From positions 2,232,001 to 2,296,000 of the forward strand of contig BCGN01000001.1 of the NCBI GenBank assembly GCA_001599295.1: a stretch of DNA of 64,000 bases. Reading direction: 5' to 3'. Source of the stretch: Sporopachydermia quercuum. Taxonomy: Eukaryota. The notes beneath the pieces were generated by a model. It saw nothing but the letters and a program-made list of their open reading frames with translations, did not search any database and was not told the DNA's origin. The translations under genes and the position numbers were made by a program. Positions 32,842-44,101 of the stretch are shown one piece after another (the first letter of the stretch is position 1; each line of letters begins with the position of its first letter).

Positions 32842-33750
32842 GGCTTTTGAATAGTAACAGCAAAAAGCAGTTAGACTTGTTATCTCAAGTCGCTTTCTAA
32901 AGTGAAAATAAAACTCTGCAATAGAACTACTCCAATCTTCAAATATTTTGTTTCAGCGATGTAAATAACCTTCAGCCTACTATTATTCTTCCACCACTAT
33001 CAATTGGTCCAGTAATGCAGATGATTGCAACAAGTATTCCAACAAAAATAGTACTTTTGGTTTGCTCCATACATAAATAATTCCGCAACGATTACTCATT
33101 TACTCTGATTGATGTATACGGGTAACACTAATTGGGTAATATGGCGCTTGGTCTGGTAAGGAGATATACTTACTCGTTCTTATTAGCCCAACTATTGTTA
33201 GGAATTATAACTAGCTATAAGCCGCTTTACTTAGCATATTAAAATTCAGACAACCAAGCAAATACTTAGCGCTCAAGAATAATGATATAAACTATAAAAT
33301 ACGATGTTCTTTCTCTGTTATAATACTGAAGGAACTGCCTATCGCCGTTATCAGTGTTGACAAAATTACACTTGACTATGCCTTAAAGTTTGCGCCCCAC
33401 GCAAAGTATTCNTTTTAGAAGAGCACTGTGGCTCATAAGTACTTTGTCCCAAAACGTTACCGGACAAACAAAAGTGCAGATTAAGAAACTTCCCGTCGGA
33501 TTCCATCGGATGATGTTTTGATGGTGTGTTACAAAGTTAATGAGAATAAAAGATAAGAGCTCTTGATAGATTTGTATATAAGACGAGATGTCCAATCTTT
33601 ACAGAGAAAGTATTTGATACATACTTGAAGAGTAATTCCTTATATTCCGATTTAATATGTGTTTTCAGTAGTTCTTTCAATTGGCAAGATTGTGGGCAAC
33701 CAAACTGGGTTTAATTGATATAATAGCGTAGATTGATAAGACTGCTTACA

Positions 33751-35073
33751 ATGACAACAGATAAACCGGTAATCACAGCAGAATATCTTCTAACAATTCC
33801 ATCCGTTAGAGCTAGAAGTACTGAGGTTTTTAATAAGGCGAAANCCAATAAATTAGAGAATTTTGACGTTGATTTGACACGTTTACCGTCAGCTGTTGAT
33901 TTCATTGTTGAACTGATTGCTCGTGATTATGGCACTGATTACTCAAGCATACCACCACATGGAAGATGGCAGCATTTTGAAGTTGGAAGTGAAAGGCTTG
34001 GAAATCTAATTGCTAAATGGGAAAAGGAAGGAATTGATAAGGAAGAAATTACTAGAAAATTAGTGGACCTGTTTGTCGTATCGGTTCTTTTAGATGCAGG
34101 TGCAGGAAACTTTTGGGTGTACACAGAAGAAAGCACAGGGCAACAGATAAATAGATCGGAAGGCATCGCTGTCGCATCTTTACACATGTTTGAAGATGGG
34201 TTCTTTTCTTCCTATTCAGTAGGTTCTGACAAATGCCAAGTGAATGGCTCAAAATTGGTCAATTTCACAGAAGATGACTTCAAAACTGGCTTTCAAGTAA
34301 GTGAAACTAACCCGCTGGAAGGAGTCTGTGGGAGATCACAATTGATTAAAGGTTTAGGTAAAGCTTTGGCTCATAATACTATATATTTTGGTGAAGATGG
34401 AAGACCGGGAAATATGATTAATTATTTGAAAACGCATTATTCTTCGAAAACTGAGAATGATAACACAATTGTGCAATTGGAAACGATATGGGAAGTTTTA
34501 ATGAAAGGTTTTTCAACTATATGGCCTGAAGGAAGAACTAANGTCGATGGTGTGTCGGTGGGGGACGCTTGGCCTATTAAAGTTCTCGGCTATAATGGAA
34601 AAGAAACTACACCTGAAGTCATAGTTCCCTTCCACAAGCTGACACAATGGTTATGCTACTCCTTGCTAGTACCAATGAAAAAAGTCCTTGGATGGAAAAT
34701 TGAAAACGAAACGTTACAAACAGGTTTACCTGAATATAGAAATGGTGGATTGCTTGTTGATTTTGAAGTGTTGAAATTGAAACCTGAAGTGTTTTCACGA
34801 GGTTTAACCCAACCTTTGAATAAAGGCGTCCCTGCTTTTACACCTGATGACGATGTTATAACTGAATGGAGGGCATGTACCGTTGGCTTTTTAGACTATC
34901 TTCTACCATTGGTTAACGAGAAACTAGGTCTCACTGGAACATCCGACGAATTGTCATTACCGCAATTATTAGAGGCTGGAACTTGGAAGGCCGGTAGAGA
35001 AATTGCTGCTCAAAAAAGACCTGAAACAAAAGGTCCACCTATAGANCTAATCAGTGATGGAACAGTTTTCTGA
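33751..35073 (+). CDS. URC4: Uracil catabolism protein 4 (DUF1688/Urg3 family)
   Basis: SIPPHGRWQHF, VSVLLDAGAG, PFHKLTQWLCYSL, TGLPEYRNGGL, LEAGTWKAGREIA, SDGTVF terminus; ATG at 33751. Confidence 0.9.
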   Translation: MTTDKPVITAEYLLTIPSVRARSTEVFNKAKXNKLENFDVDLTRLPSAVDFIVELIARDYGTDYSSIPPHGRWQHFEVGSERLGNLIAKWEKEGIDKEEITRKLVDLFVVSVLLDAGAGNFWVYTEESTGQQINRSEGIAVASLHMFEDGFFSSYSVGSDKCQVNGSKLVNFTEDDFKTGFQVSETNPLEGVCGRSQLIKGLGKALAHNTIYFGEDGRPGNMINYLKTHYSSKTENDNTIVQLETIWEVLMKGFSTIWPEGRTXVDGVSVGDAWPIKVLGYNGKETTPEVIVPFHKLTQWLCYSLLVPMKKVLGWKIENETLQTGLPEYRNGGLLVDFEVLKLKPEVFSRGLTQPLNKGVPAFTPDDDVITEWRACTVGFLDYLLPLVNEKLGLTGTSDELSLPQLLEAGTWKAGREIAAQKRPETKGPPIXLISDGTVF

Positions 35074-36360
35074 AAAATTTTGTAGCACTGAATACATGAT
35101 ACGGAAGATTTTCGTATATATATGACAAATCTATTGATTATGTTATAGGTGGGTATGATAAAACGAACTACCTATAATAACTAATTAGTACTTTATTCCT
35201 TGCTGAAATATAAAACATATCGCAATAGAAATAAAATAGTTTTGAATAGATAAATATCAGCTACCAAGTAAAATGTGTTTTCTTCCATGATAATTAGTCA
35301 GAGAGATTCCCAACTTGNTTTATGATCATCATTTTATCTCATTCAGGTTCCATAGTGTTTCCAGGAATAAAAGATAAACTTACATTTTTTTACATTTTGT
35401 TTTACGATTTGTAATTTTTCAGTTTGATTACAACGTATTAAACAACAAGTCATCCTACTCGTGAACTTCTTTCTACGCTTCATAATGTTATCAATAATCA
35501 AAGCATAGGAACCACATAAGGAAGAAGAANGAAAGAGGATTTTATAGCTCAATCGCCTAATCNTTTGTGGTGGTTGTGTTGTTACTAAACAAATTCAGTC
35601 TCATAATTACTGCATGGATATATTTCATCATAAAAGGTATATTTCTCTCCTGCATACCTCCCATCCAATTGCTAGCCCAACACTAACTAGGCTACGATCT
35701 ATCAACGAACTAACTACCCTGGATTTATCAGACTCCAACGAACCATTTTGCCCAATCCAATCTTCCCTGACAAATATTCCAATTTCAACATTTAGTTGAT
35801 CCCGAAATTAACCATATTGTACTGATCTCCTACAAACTCCTCTTTCTTCTTTTAGGCTCCAAATCATGAATAAATCATGACTTCAAATACCCCGTTCCCC
35901 ATTCTCTACAGCATAACGTCTCAGCTCGTATNATACACTTTAATTATCAAGAACTTTATTTTTTTTCCACACCCTTCGAATAAGTAAGTTTTCATATCAA
36001 CAAAAAATAGTGAAAAATTTCAGTGTCAGGGATTTAAAGTTGGGCTACTGTTGTTCGATTTTTCCCTTCCGAGTTGATTTCTGCCCTTAGAAAAGAGCAA
36101 GCGGCGAGGTATCAACAAGTTATAGGAATTTTTTCTTTGGATCATACTGGTATTGGAATACGTGTATTTATATAATCGTATATAAAGGGTTGTATTGAAA
36201 GAATACGAGGATCGCAATATCTTTCTTTAGTATTAAAAGACTNATTGCTCAATAAACCCGCGAGACAGACAGACGGGCACTATCTATTAGTATATGAGAT
36301 TTTAGCACAGTGTGAATTTATTTTATTCCAGACCTTGATCGTACTTCTAAGAAAGTCATT

Positions 36361-36511
36361 GTAAGTGAATAGTTTACTTTAATTGAATGGTAATTCAGTT
36401 GTCGGGGAAGCGAATACGGATTCACATATTTGATCTTCTGCCGTTTTATTTGATTTATATGTGAAGTAATGATTGTGACTTTTCGAGCTGCTTCTAACTT
36501 ATNGNCAACAG
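36361..36511 (+). other. 5'-UTR intron of the Caprin-like gene
   Basis: GTAAGT...TTCTAAC...CAG, ending 80 nt before the ATG at 36591; in-frame TAA at 36558 excludes a coding upstream exon. Confidence 0.65.
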
Positions 36512-36590
36512 GTGATCTATAAGAGTGCCGAAAACTTGATAATTGAAGTACTAAAAATAAAATAAAGAAGGTCTAAGATATCTGAACGAA

Positions 36591-37889
36591 ATGCCACATA
36601 AAGAAGAAAAAGTTGATGTTTCAAAGGAATCTACTCCTATTGCAGATCAGGAAGTAAAGAACGGATCAAGCAAAACTGAACTTGCAGATCTTATAGGCAA
36701 AAGGATCAGAAATCTACAAAAGAGGAAACAGAAGCTCGATAAATACGCTGAACAGGTTGAAAAGAATGGTGAAGAAAATCATGGTTTGAATAAAGATCAG
36801 TACGAAGCTTTACAGCATAAGGAATCTGTTGAAGCTCCTTTGAAGGAACTTANTGATGTTCACTACTTGTATCAAGTTGAACTTGTAAAAAGAGAAGAAG
36901 AAATCAGCAAGATCAAAGAAGGTGCTGAAAATCGATTGAAAGAATCAGTTGAATCAGTAAGAAAAGAACTTGCTGCCGAATCTGTTTCAAAAATTGATTT
37001 AATTACTAAGTTTTTACGTACTGTTAGTTGGATCACACATATCAAGGATGATTCTAATCCCACTAGTTTGGATAATGCCTTAACCAAACTACTGACAGGG
37101 ATTTATGCTAGTGATGGACAATCTTTAGAGATTGTTGAGAAGTTGTTTAAGGGTTCTGAGAACGATATTATTGAAGACAATATTAGTTATCATCTTGTTA
37201 AAACACTTTGTTTGAAAGACCCTGAAGAATTGGTTGCGTTTTATGAGAAAGTTAAGGTTTCTCCTGTTGTTGAGGAAGTGGATGAGAAAGCTTCAAAACA
37301 AGAGGAAAATAGTGAGAATAGTGAAGAGAAACAACAGAAGGAAAATGGAGAAAAGGTAGATGAGAATATAGAAGAAAAAACTGGAGAAAAGGTTATTGAA
37401 GAAGAACCAAAGAAAGATGAAAAGTCGGAAGAAGTCACAAATGAAGTCGAACAAAAGGTTGAAAGTAGTGAAGTTGTTACTCCTGAAAATATCAAATCTG
37501 AAGGAGTTAGAGCCACAACAGAATCAGAAGTTTCTGCAACTAAACAGGGGTCACCAAAAAGTAAGAAAGAAAGATCTCCTTCCCCAGAAAATAAGTCCGG
37601 AAATGATAAGAAGAGTCAAAGAAACAAAAAACCAAAAGCGCCTGAACCTGATGAGAATGGATTTATTCCAGCCCCATCTCGTCATAGAAAACCAGTAAAC
37701 AAAAGCAATAATACCAGTAATACCAATAGTAAACCATTCAGGAAAAACTACAGAAAAAAGGATGATGAGAAATCATTATCTAACAAGCATGAAAATGGTA
37801 ATGGACATTCCAAATCTCTCAAATCTGCTAATGAGTCTACCAATGCTGTATCGTCTTTCAAGCAAAGAAAGGCTGTTGCCGCTAACTGA
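36591..37889 (+). CDS. Caprin-like coiled-coil protein with acidic then basic disordered tail
   Basis: KRIRNLQKRKQKLDKY...LNKDQYEALQHKESVEAPLKEL resembles the Caprin HR1 N-terminal segment (KKLRNLEKKKGKLDDY...LNQDQLDAV). Confidence 0.7.
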   Translation: MPHKEEKVDVSKESTPIADQEVKNGSSKTELADLIGKRIRNLQKRKQKLDKYAEQVEKNGEENHGLNKDQYEALQHKESVEAPLKELXDVHYLYQVELVKREEEISKIKEGAENRLKESVESVRKELAAESVSKIDLITKFLRTVSWITHIKDDSNPTSLDNALTKLLTGIYASDGQSLEIVEKLFKGSENDIIEDNISYHLVKTLCLKDPEELVAFYEKVKVSPVVEEVDEKASKQEENSENSEEKQQKENGEKVDENIEEKTGEKVIEEEPKKDEKSEEVTNEVEQKVESSEVVTPENIKSEGVRATTESEVSATKQGSPKSKKERSPSPENKSGNDKKSQRNKKPKAPEPDENGFIPAPSRHRKPVNKSNNTSNTNSKPFRKNYRKKDDEKSLSNKHENGNGHSKSLKSANESTNAVSSFKQRKAVAAN

Positions 37890-39120
37890 TAATGCTATCT
37901 GTGTCTATGGTTGTTATCATGATGATTTGTACTATGCTATCAAACCTGCATTTCCGATTCTATGATTCTTTTTTGCTTAGCTGATGTCATAATTCTCATA
38001 TCTTTCATTACCATAATCTCAGATCACATGAACATTCTCATGAAGTTTATGTGGGATATTACCTTTAAATACCTAATAGTCGCATTCCTACATCACTAAT
38101 ATACTAGTCATTTTATCATGTACGAAAGTTAAGCATAACGAGTAATGAATAATAAATTTAATTTGTATTATCCTACATTTTTCCTAGTATTTTTTTCATT
38201 CGATTCATAGCATTCATAGAAACCTAGTAAGCATGAACAGTGTAATGGAATGTATGTGTTCTTGGAGACACCTTAGATATAGAACCATCAATTGATGATC
38301 TAAGACGTACTATGATGCACATGTTATGACTTCATTCTAGCATTCTTAACAATCGACAAAATCAACCGTGAAGTACCTCCTTTTCACCCGTGCTTACCAA
38401 AACGGTTTGCAGTGGGTAACTTATGAATGTAGAGTTTTCAACAAGAAGGAAGTTTCGAATGCCCATTTTCTTACTATATATTGGCCTTACAGAACAGCAC
38501 TGTACCTGTGTCGATTGCATTTACATTGTTGTCAAGATAAATTTCAGTACATTTATCAATTATTATTTTTGATTATTAAAATTATTCACTAGTATTGAAT
38601 ATCAATGATCAAGCGGTATTATTAGATTCATTTTTTGATGGATTATTCGTTGATTATATTTTGAGTATTAGTTGAAACACGACATTAACAATAGAAAGGA
38701 AGAAGAAAAGCACCAGAAGATTTTTTTTGAGTTTTTCGCATTGTGAACTTCTCACTGTGCATATGCATGGATAAGTTTCATAGCAGTACCATATAATTTA
38801 GCAAATGGAAGGTTAACTCAAGCAAAAGTAATAAGTTTGAATATCAATCGAATTGATTGTGTATTCTGGAGAACAACGTAATAAAATATGAAGCAAAGAT
38901 CATTACCAAGCTCTTATAAATATACCTATTCATGGTAGATTAATTCGAAGTATAAGGTGTGCTTGTTCCGTTCCAATGAGGTATACTTTCACTGCAACGC
39001 TCGCTATCTACAATTAACTCACAATTACCGATTGATTGCCTTTTATTTTAAACATTTACCAAGAAAATCATATTAGAGCATTTTACATAACGGAAACATA
39101 GAAATACAAATTGATTTTAG

Positions 39121-39816
39121 CTACTCTTCTTCTGATTCATCATCATCTTTGTTCTCTTCTTGTTTTACCCTAGGAGCCCCAGTGGCTCCACTTTCATCAA
39201 TAGTTATCTCTGACTCTTCATAAGAATGATCGCTGGCTCCATAACCATCATCGTCCTTTGATTCAGTTGATTCCAATTTAGAAGGTTCAACAGGTTTCTT
39301 TCCTGATGTTTGTTTTTTCTCTTCTGTAGCACTACTCTCAGGTTTCTCTGTTTTTGCCTTCTTAGGTTGTGATTCGGGGTTCAAATCACTCAATGCTCCG
39401 TTAATAGCATTCTTATGCGCCAACAACTCTAACCAAACTTCCTCAGTTAATGATATACCCTATTATTGTTAGTATTCAATAAGTAAATATGATTCTCAAC
39501 AGCTCATTTTTCCATACCTTTTTTGTGGGCTTCAGTTCTTGGGTTTTATAATCCTTATAGAACTCTCTAATATCTACTAGGTTGATATCATTGAACTTTC
39601 TCACAGTAACTCGTTTGTTCTTTCCCAGCTATAAATCTTGTTAGAAACAACTCATGCTCACAAAAACAGTCAATTGATGGGTAATTGATGCAAAATTCAA
39701 CGGCATTCACGTACATCAAACACAGCATCATTAGTTGATGCTTCAAACGTTTCTGTAGTTTGCTCTTTGTTGATATAGGCCCTCTTTTTGAAGTTGCCTT
39801 TACTAAACCGTGACAT
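39121..39816 (-). CDS. SUB1: PC4-family ssDNA-binding coactivator (~183 aa); exons 39816-39715, 39628-39518, 39459-39121
   Basis: Spliced product VFD-LGKNKRVTVRKFNDINLVDIREFY...KPTKK-GISLTEE is a PC4 domain; introns GTACGT/TTCTAAC and GTATGG/TACTAAC. Confidence 0.92.
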
Positions 39817-40899
39817 TATGATTCTTCTGTATAAACTATTTAGGACTATTTCTACTGGGTTCAAGCAATTGGTTCAAACAATTGATCCCTCTTTCTTTTC
39901 TTTACTTCTTTTTTCAACCTGTTCTTTTCTTTATAATCAATGATAGATCAAAACATATTTGAAATACTTCTTGTATCAATAGTTGACAGGATATAGAACG
40001 GAGCACGTGATGTCTCGAGCTGCCCCTGCGTTGGTCTGCGTAGGTGAAGGCTGAACAAAGTAGAAAAGAACTGCCAACGAACAACTCCAACAGATTTATA
40101 ATGGAAATTATAGAAAAGATATTGTGAAATTGACTCAAGCTGTTTTTCTTTATTAATAAACAAANAATTAGAACGTTTACAGTCACCAACAATTAATAGA
40201 TGGCTTGTCATGTATTGCACTCCTATGATCTACTTGATGACATTTACCCTTTTTGATTACGCCATACGTAATCATTTATCTTGAGTGCTTCTTGTCACCA
40301 ATCATTTGGATAAAAGAAATACTATATCTTTCTTTCGCTTTGACTACTATACAATTCGCACGTAAAGAAGGGCAAAGAAATGAATGACTTATAAGAAAAA
40401 TAGGACGCAGTTGATCCAATGATTAAGCTGAATTGTAGTTTCTCTCTATATAACTGTTGATCTTTGGTCTGATGTATTGGACAAACCTTACGATATCAGC
40501 TCATGTTATTCGAGTAAATGTATGTAACGTAACATATATTCCCATTGAGTTAGTTAGATCAAATCATATAAAAATTCAAGTGAGAATACATAATCTCATA
40601 ATAATAAGTGATAAACAAATGACATTGAACGTAATAACCCATTTCTCTCCTTCATATTAACCATAACAGAAATCTTCAAAACAAAACTTATCAATTATTA
40701 ACAGAACAAAGTGATCACCATTAACAGTGATATCTTGTCGATTAATCAAATCAATACTATAAACCTCCAAGGTACCAGCCCTTGACATTCTTAATAATTC
40801 TATACATATAAAAGTCTCAAAGTATTTGAGCTGGTTTTAATCAGTACCTTTGCATCAAGTAACAAGCACACCATATACTATATAGTAAAAAACCACTAT

Positions 40900-41487
40900 C
40901 TAGATGGAGAGCTGGTCAATCGAAACACGATCACTAGATAACCGACGACTTGGCTGTAGTAAATAAAAGCGTTCTTGCCCATCAGAAGTTTTCCCACCAA
41001 TCCACCATCTTTCAGAGTTGAGATTGTTCCCAGCTCCCGCAACACCTTGTAACGAAGGTGAGCTGGATGAAGAGCTTATTGGTTGCAAGGATCCACTATT
41101 TGGTGCTATAACATTGGAATGCGAGTTTGAAGACGTTGTGGAAATGGAATTGATAGAAGAATCTGAAAATGAAGATGATCCGCTTGAAGAGTTGCTGTTA
41201 CTATTTCCTGAGAAAGGTAATGCGGTAGAAGAGCTGGGCGAGGAAGATAACACGCGGGATGATTTCTGGAAGAAGTCAAATTGAGACTGAGGGACAGGCA
41301 ACGGTTGAGTAACTTGTGAGAATGATTCTGAAAGCTGAGAATTTTGTCCGTTTGATTCGGGAGCTATTGAAGGTTGAGGTGTTGTATGACCAGATGATGC
41401 AGTACTTGTAGCTGACGCAGTGGCTGGAGGTACCATAGACGAGATCGTTCCCAGTAAATAAGTTAAGAAAGGTTTAGTTGAAGGCAT
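40900..41487 (-). CDS. Ser-rich hypothetical protein (195 aa) with compact terminal motifs
   Basis: ATG at 41487 (MPSTKPFLTYLL); C-terminal ERWWIGGKTSDGQERFYLL...RVSIDQLSI; disordered middle. Confidence 0.7.
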   Translation of the reverse strand: MPSTKPFLTYLLGTISSMVPPATASATSTASSGHTTPQPSIAPESNGQNSQLSESFSQVTQPLPVPQSQFDFFQKSSRVLSSSPSSSTALPFSGNSNSNSSSGSSSFSDSSINSISTTSSNSHSNVIAPNSGSLQPISSSSSSPSLQGVAGAGNNLNSERWWIGGKTSDGQERFYLLQPSRRLSSDRVSIDQLSI

Positions 41488-41682
41488 ATTCGATTCAATA
41501 AACAAAAAGAAGTGTTGCTAACTTTGTTAAAAAAACTAGAAACAAGTCCACTAGAGCGGAATATTATTGGTACATGAGACCTTAATCATTCCACTTATCC
41601 AATAGTTGTTCTCTATTCAACCCTTTTATCTGCCACCATTAACACCATGGATACACAGCTGATAACAGAGAACAAGGCTATT

Positions 41683-41774
41683 CTGCTCGTTAGTAAGAGT
41701 CAACAATGGCTTGATAGGAATATTGCTATGATATAGCCTACCAAGTATCAATATTTGCGTTATATCTGACATAC
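41683..41774 (-). other. 5'-UTR intron upstream of the Ser-rich gene
   Basis: GTATGT at 41774, TACTAAC at 41695-41689, CAG at 41683; alternative donor GTAAGT at 41936. Confidence 0.55.
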
Positions 41775-42775
41775 ACTGGATCACCAACAAATACGTAGAT
41801 ATAATACACCTAGTTGCGATAAGAGGGTCCAATGTGCAGTCTGAGTGAGATAGACAATAATAAGCAAACCAAGTGACAAGAGCCCGTTATATATAAATAC
41901 AGAGCTAAGATTTAAGAAATTTCCCACTCCACTTACCAGAGCAATTTTCTTGATATCACTAATTAATCGAATTATTCATCAGATTTGTTTAATGAGATAA
42001 GGAAAACATAGGAATGATGATAGTAGATGAATTTTATAAAGTTAGGACAGAAGGAGCCAAACAAATGAAGCCGAAAATCGGAATGGGAAGTATGTAGATG
42101 TGCAGTTGATACTGCAACAACATGCAACAAANAAACCTTAAATAATTCGTAATTCGTAAATGAGGTGAGACTTCTGATGGTTAATGATTGTCCATAGTCC
42201 ACATGATAACGGGATGAGTCGACCTGCAGATGATGAGCTTCTATATGTATATATGAATATATTTTGATACACCATTCAAAGCCTAGTACCTTGAACCTAC
42301 CTATAATAGTTTATGAATTATTTTAAACGTATTCAGAAAAGGAAATACGTTGTATGCTATACTTCATTCTACCAGCTGTGCCTTCGATTAATGATTACCT
42401 AATTAAATAATACTCAGATCACGCGTAATTTTCATCACTTATTTCAACCAATTGGCATTAGATAAATGCATTAGTATGACAGTCTGTAAGACATAAGACA
42501 CAGCTGATTCATTGTACAAGTAAATAGCATTATTGAGAGCGTTTGCTATCAAATCAGTTCATTGTCACATTTACTGTCATGACATTATACAATCTATGAT
42601 TGATTGATTGACTGATGCTCATTTTTTAACACCACTTATGTGATATAGAAAGATTCACTATATTGATGAATATTTTTCGACAATAACTTGCGTGATATTG
42701 TAATTATTATATTGATTAACATAGAGAATCATATTCTTGATTAATCATTACGTATAATTATTTCGATTGTTCAAA

Positions 42776-43087
42776 ATGGTTAACTATATCAGAGGACCTA
42801 AATACGTTCACGTACCTTTCCTTAAGGTGGTTGGTGCCAAGTGGTGAGTCAAGATTTCNATCCCATGAAAATGCTATGATTCGTTTCATTAGAGAAGAAG
42901 GGAAGGACGTTTTACTAACAACATAAACAGGGCTTTCCCTCTTGCTTTGTGGGGAGCTGCTGCTGGTGCAGCTGTTCTTACCTTTGCTGAAGGTATTCCT
43001 AAGGTTCAAAGAGTTATTCTCCAAAAGATTCCTGTGATTGGCAGTCATTGGATCAATGAAATTCCTCCTGAAGATTCACCTCAATAG
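42776..43087 (+). CDS. QCR10: Cytochrome bc1 subunit 10 (74 aa); exons 42776-42843 and 42931-43087; absent from ORF track
   Basis: MVNYIRGPKYVHVPFLKVVGAKW-AFPLALWGAAAGAAVLTFAEGIPKVQRVILQKIPVIGSHWINEIPPEDSPQ; intron GTGAGT...TACTAAC...CAG. Confidence 0.92.
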
Positions 43088-44101
43088 ACATCAAAAAATA
43101 GAAACAAATCAGGTCGAATCAGCAATCGTTTAACGTTAGTTGAAAGAAATGAGTGGATGTTCAACAGATCATACAACAGTAGTAATTCCGTTTCTGTTCA
43201 GCATAACCACAGCAAAACATNCAGCGAAAATTAAGTTTCATTCACCTCAACAATACACATAGTGATCGAGTCAACAATTCAGTATGCATTTCATGGTTAA
43301 TATCTTTTAAAAATACAAGTATTCTTATAAAAAACCGAATTGACCGGTTAAGGCTGATGCTATCGCATCAGCTATGTATTAAGGTTGAAACTCGACCTAG
43401 CCGGATTAGAAGTTTCATCATTGCCTGGTAGCAAGACTGCAAACATACTATTTCAACTAGATCCCAATTTTATTCTCTCACAGATAATCCTTTCATATAT
43501 TGTTATCTACTTCCTATCGACTTCCAATCGCAACGATCATATTCTATACGCTTGCCAGCAAGTTTCAGGTTGCCCTGATATCAATGTAACTATCAGAACA
43601 TCTTTTTCTACTTCTCTCCACTTTCTATATCCAGTCAACCATTCCCAACTTACCCATGTTTACCCTTCCTGCTCACTTTACTGTAAGTACAATCAATTCA
43701 TCCTTTCGTTAANAACAATATCATTATTAAAACCGCCAGCGTCCCATATCACATATACCGAACAATAATTTTCTCCCGGGTTAAAAACTCCAGAATACCC
43801 CCATCCTCTCGAACTTTCAAACAACCGCCACTACTAACACAAACACATCGCTACAGTAGAAGTCCATTATAGTATCGGGTACTCATAGTAAATTGTTCAT
43901 TGAGCACACAGGCAATCAAATATCCATTCATATTGAACACTTTTTTGTTTTTCTATATTAATTGCTTATATAGAATCTGTTGATAATACCTTATTGAGGT
44001 AATATTTGGAACCGCTGGCCTCTTAGTATTATAAAACAAGCGAGAATTTTGTACGTCTCAGAGGATTGGACTCCACAATTTTAAGGATACTAAACCAAGG
44101 G

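Noticed and set aside
38350..38518. Helix resembling RNase MRP/P P2
   Set aside because: CR-I, CR-IV and CR-V motifs are not found at the expected positions
41931..41938. ACTTACC resembling the U1 snRNA 5' end
   Set aside because: No ATAC start or U1 stems; better explained as a minus-strand splice donor
43353..43391. Hammerhead-like CTGATG...GAAAC or tRNA-like fold
   Set aside because: Core reads CTGATGC rather than CUGANGA; no TTC T-loop or anticodon arm
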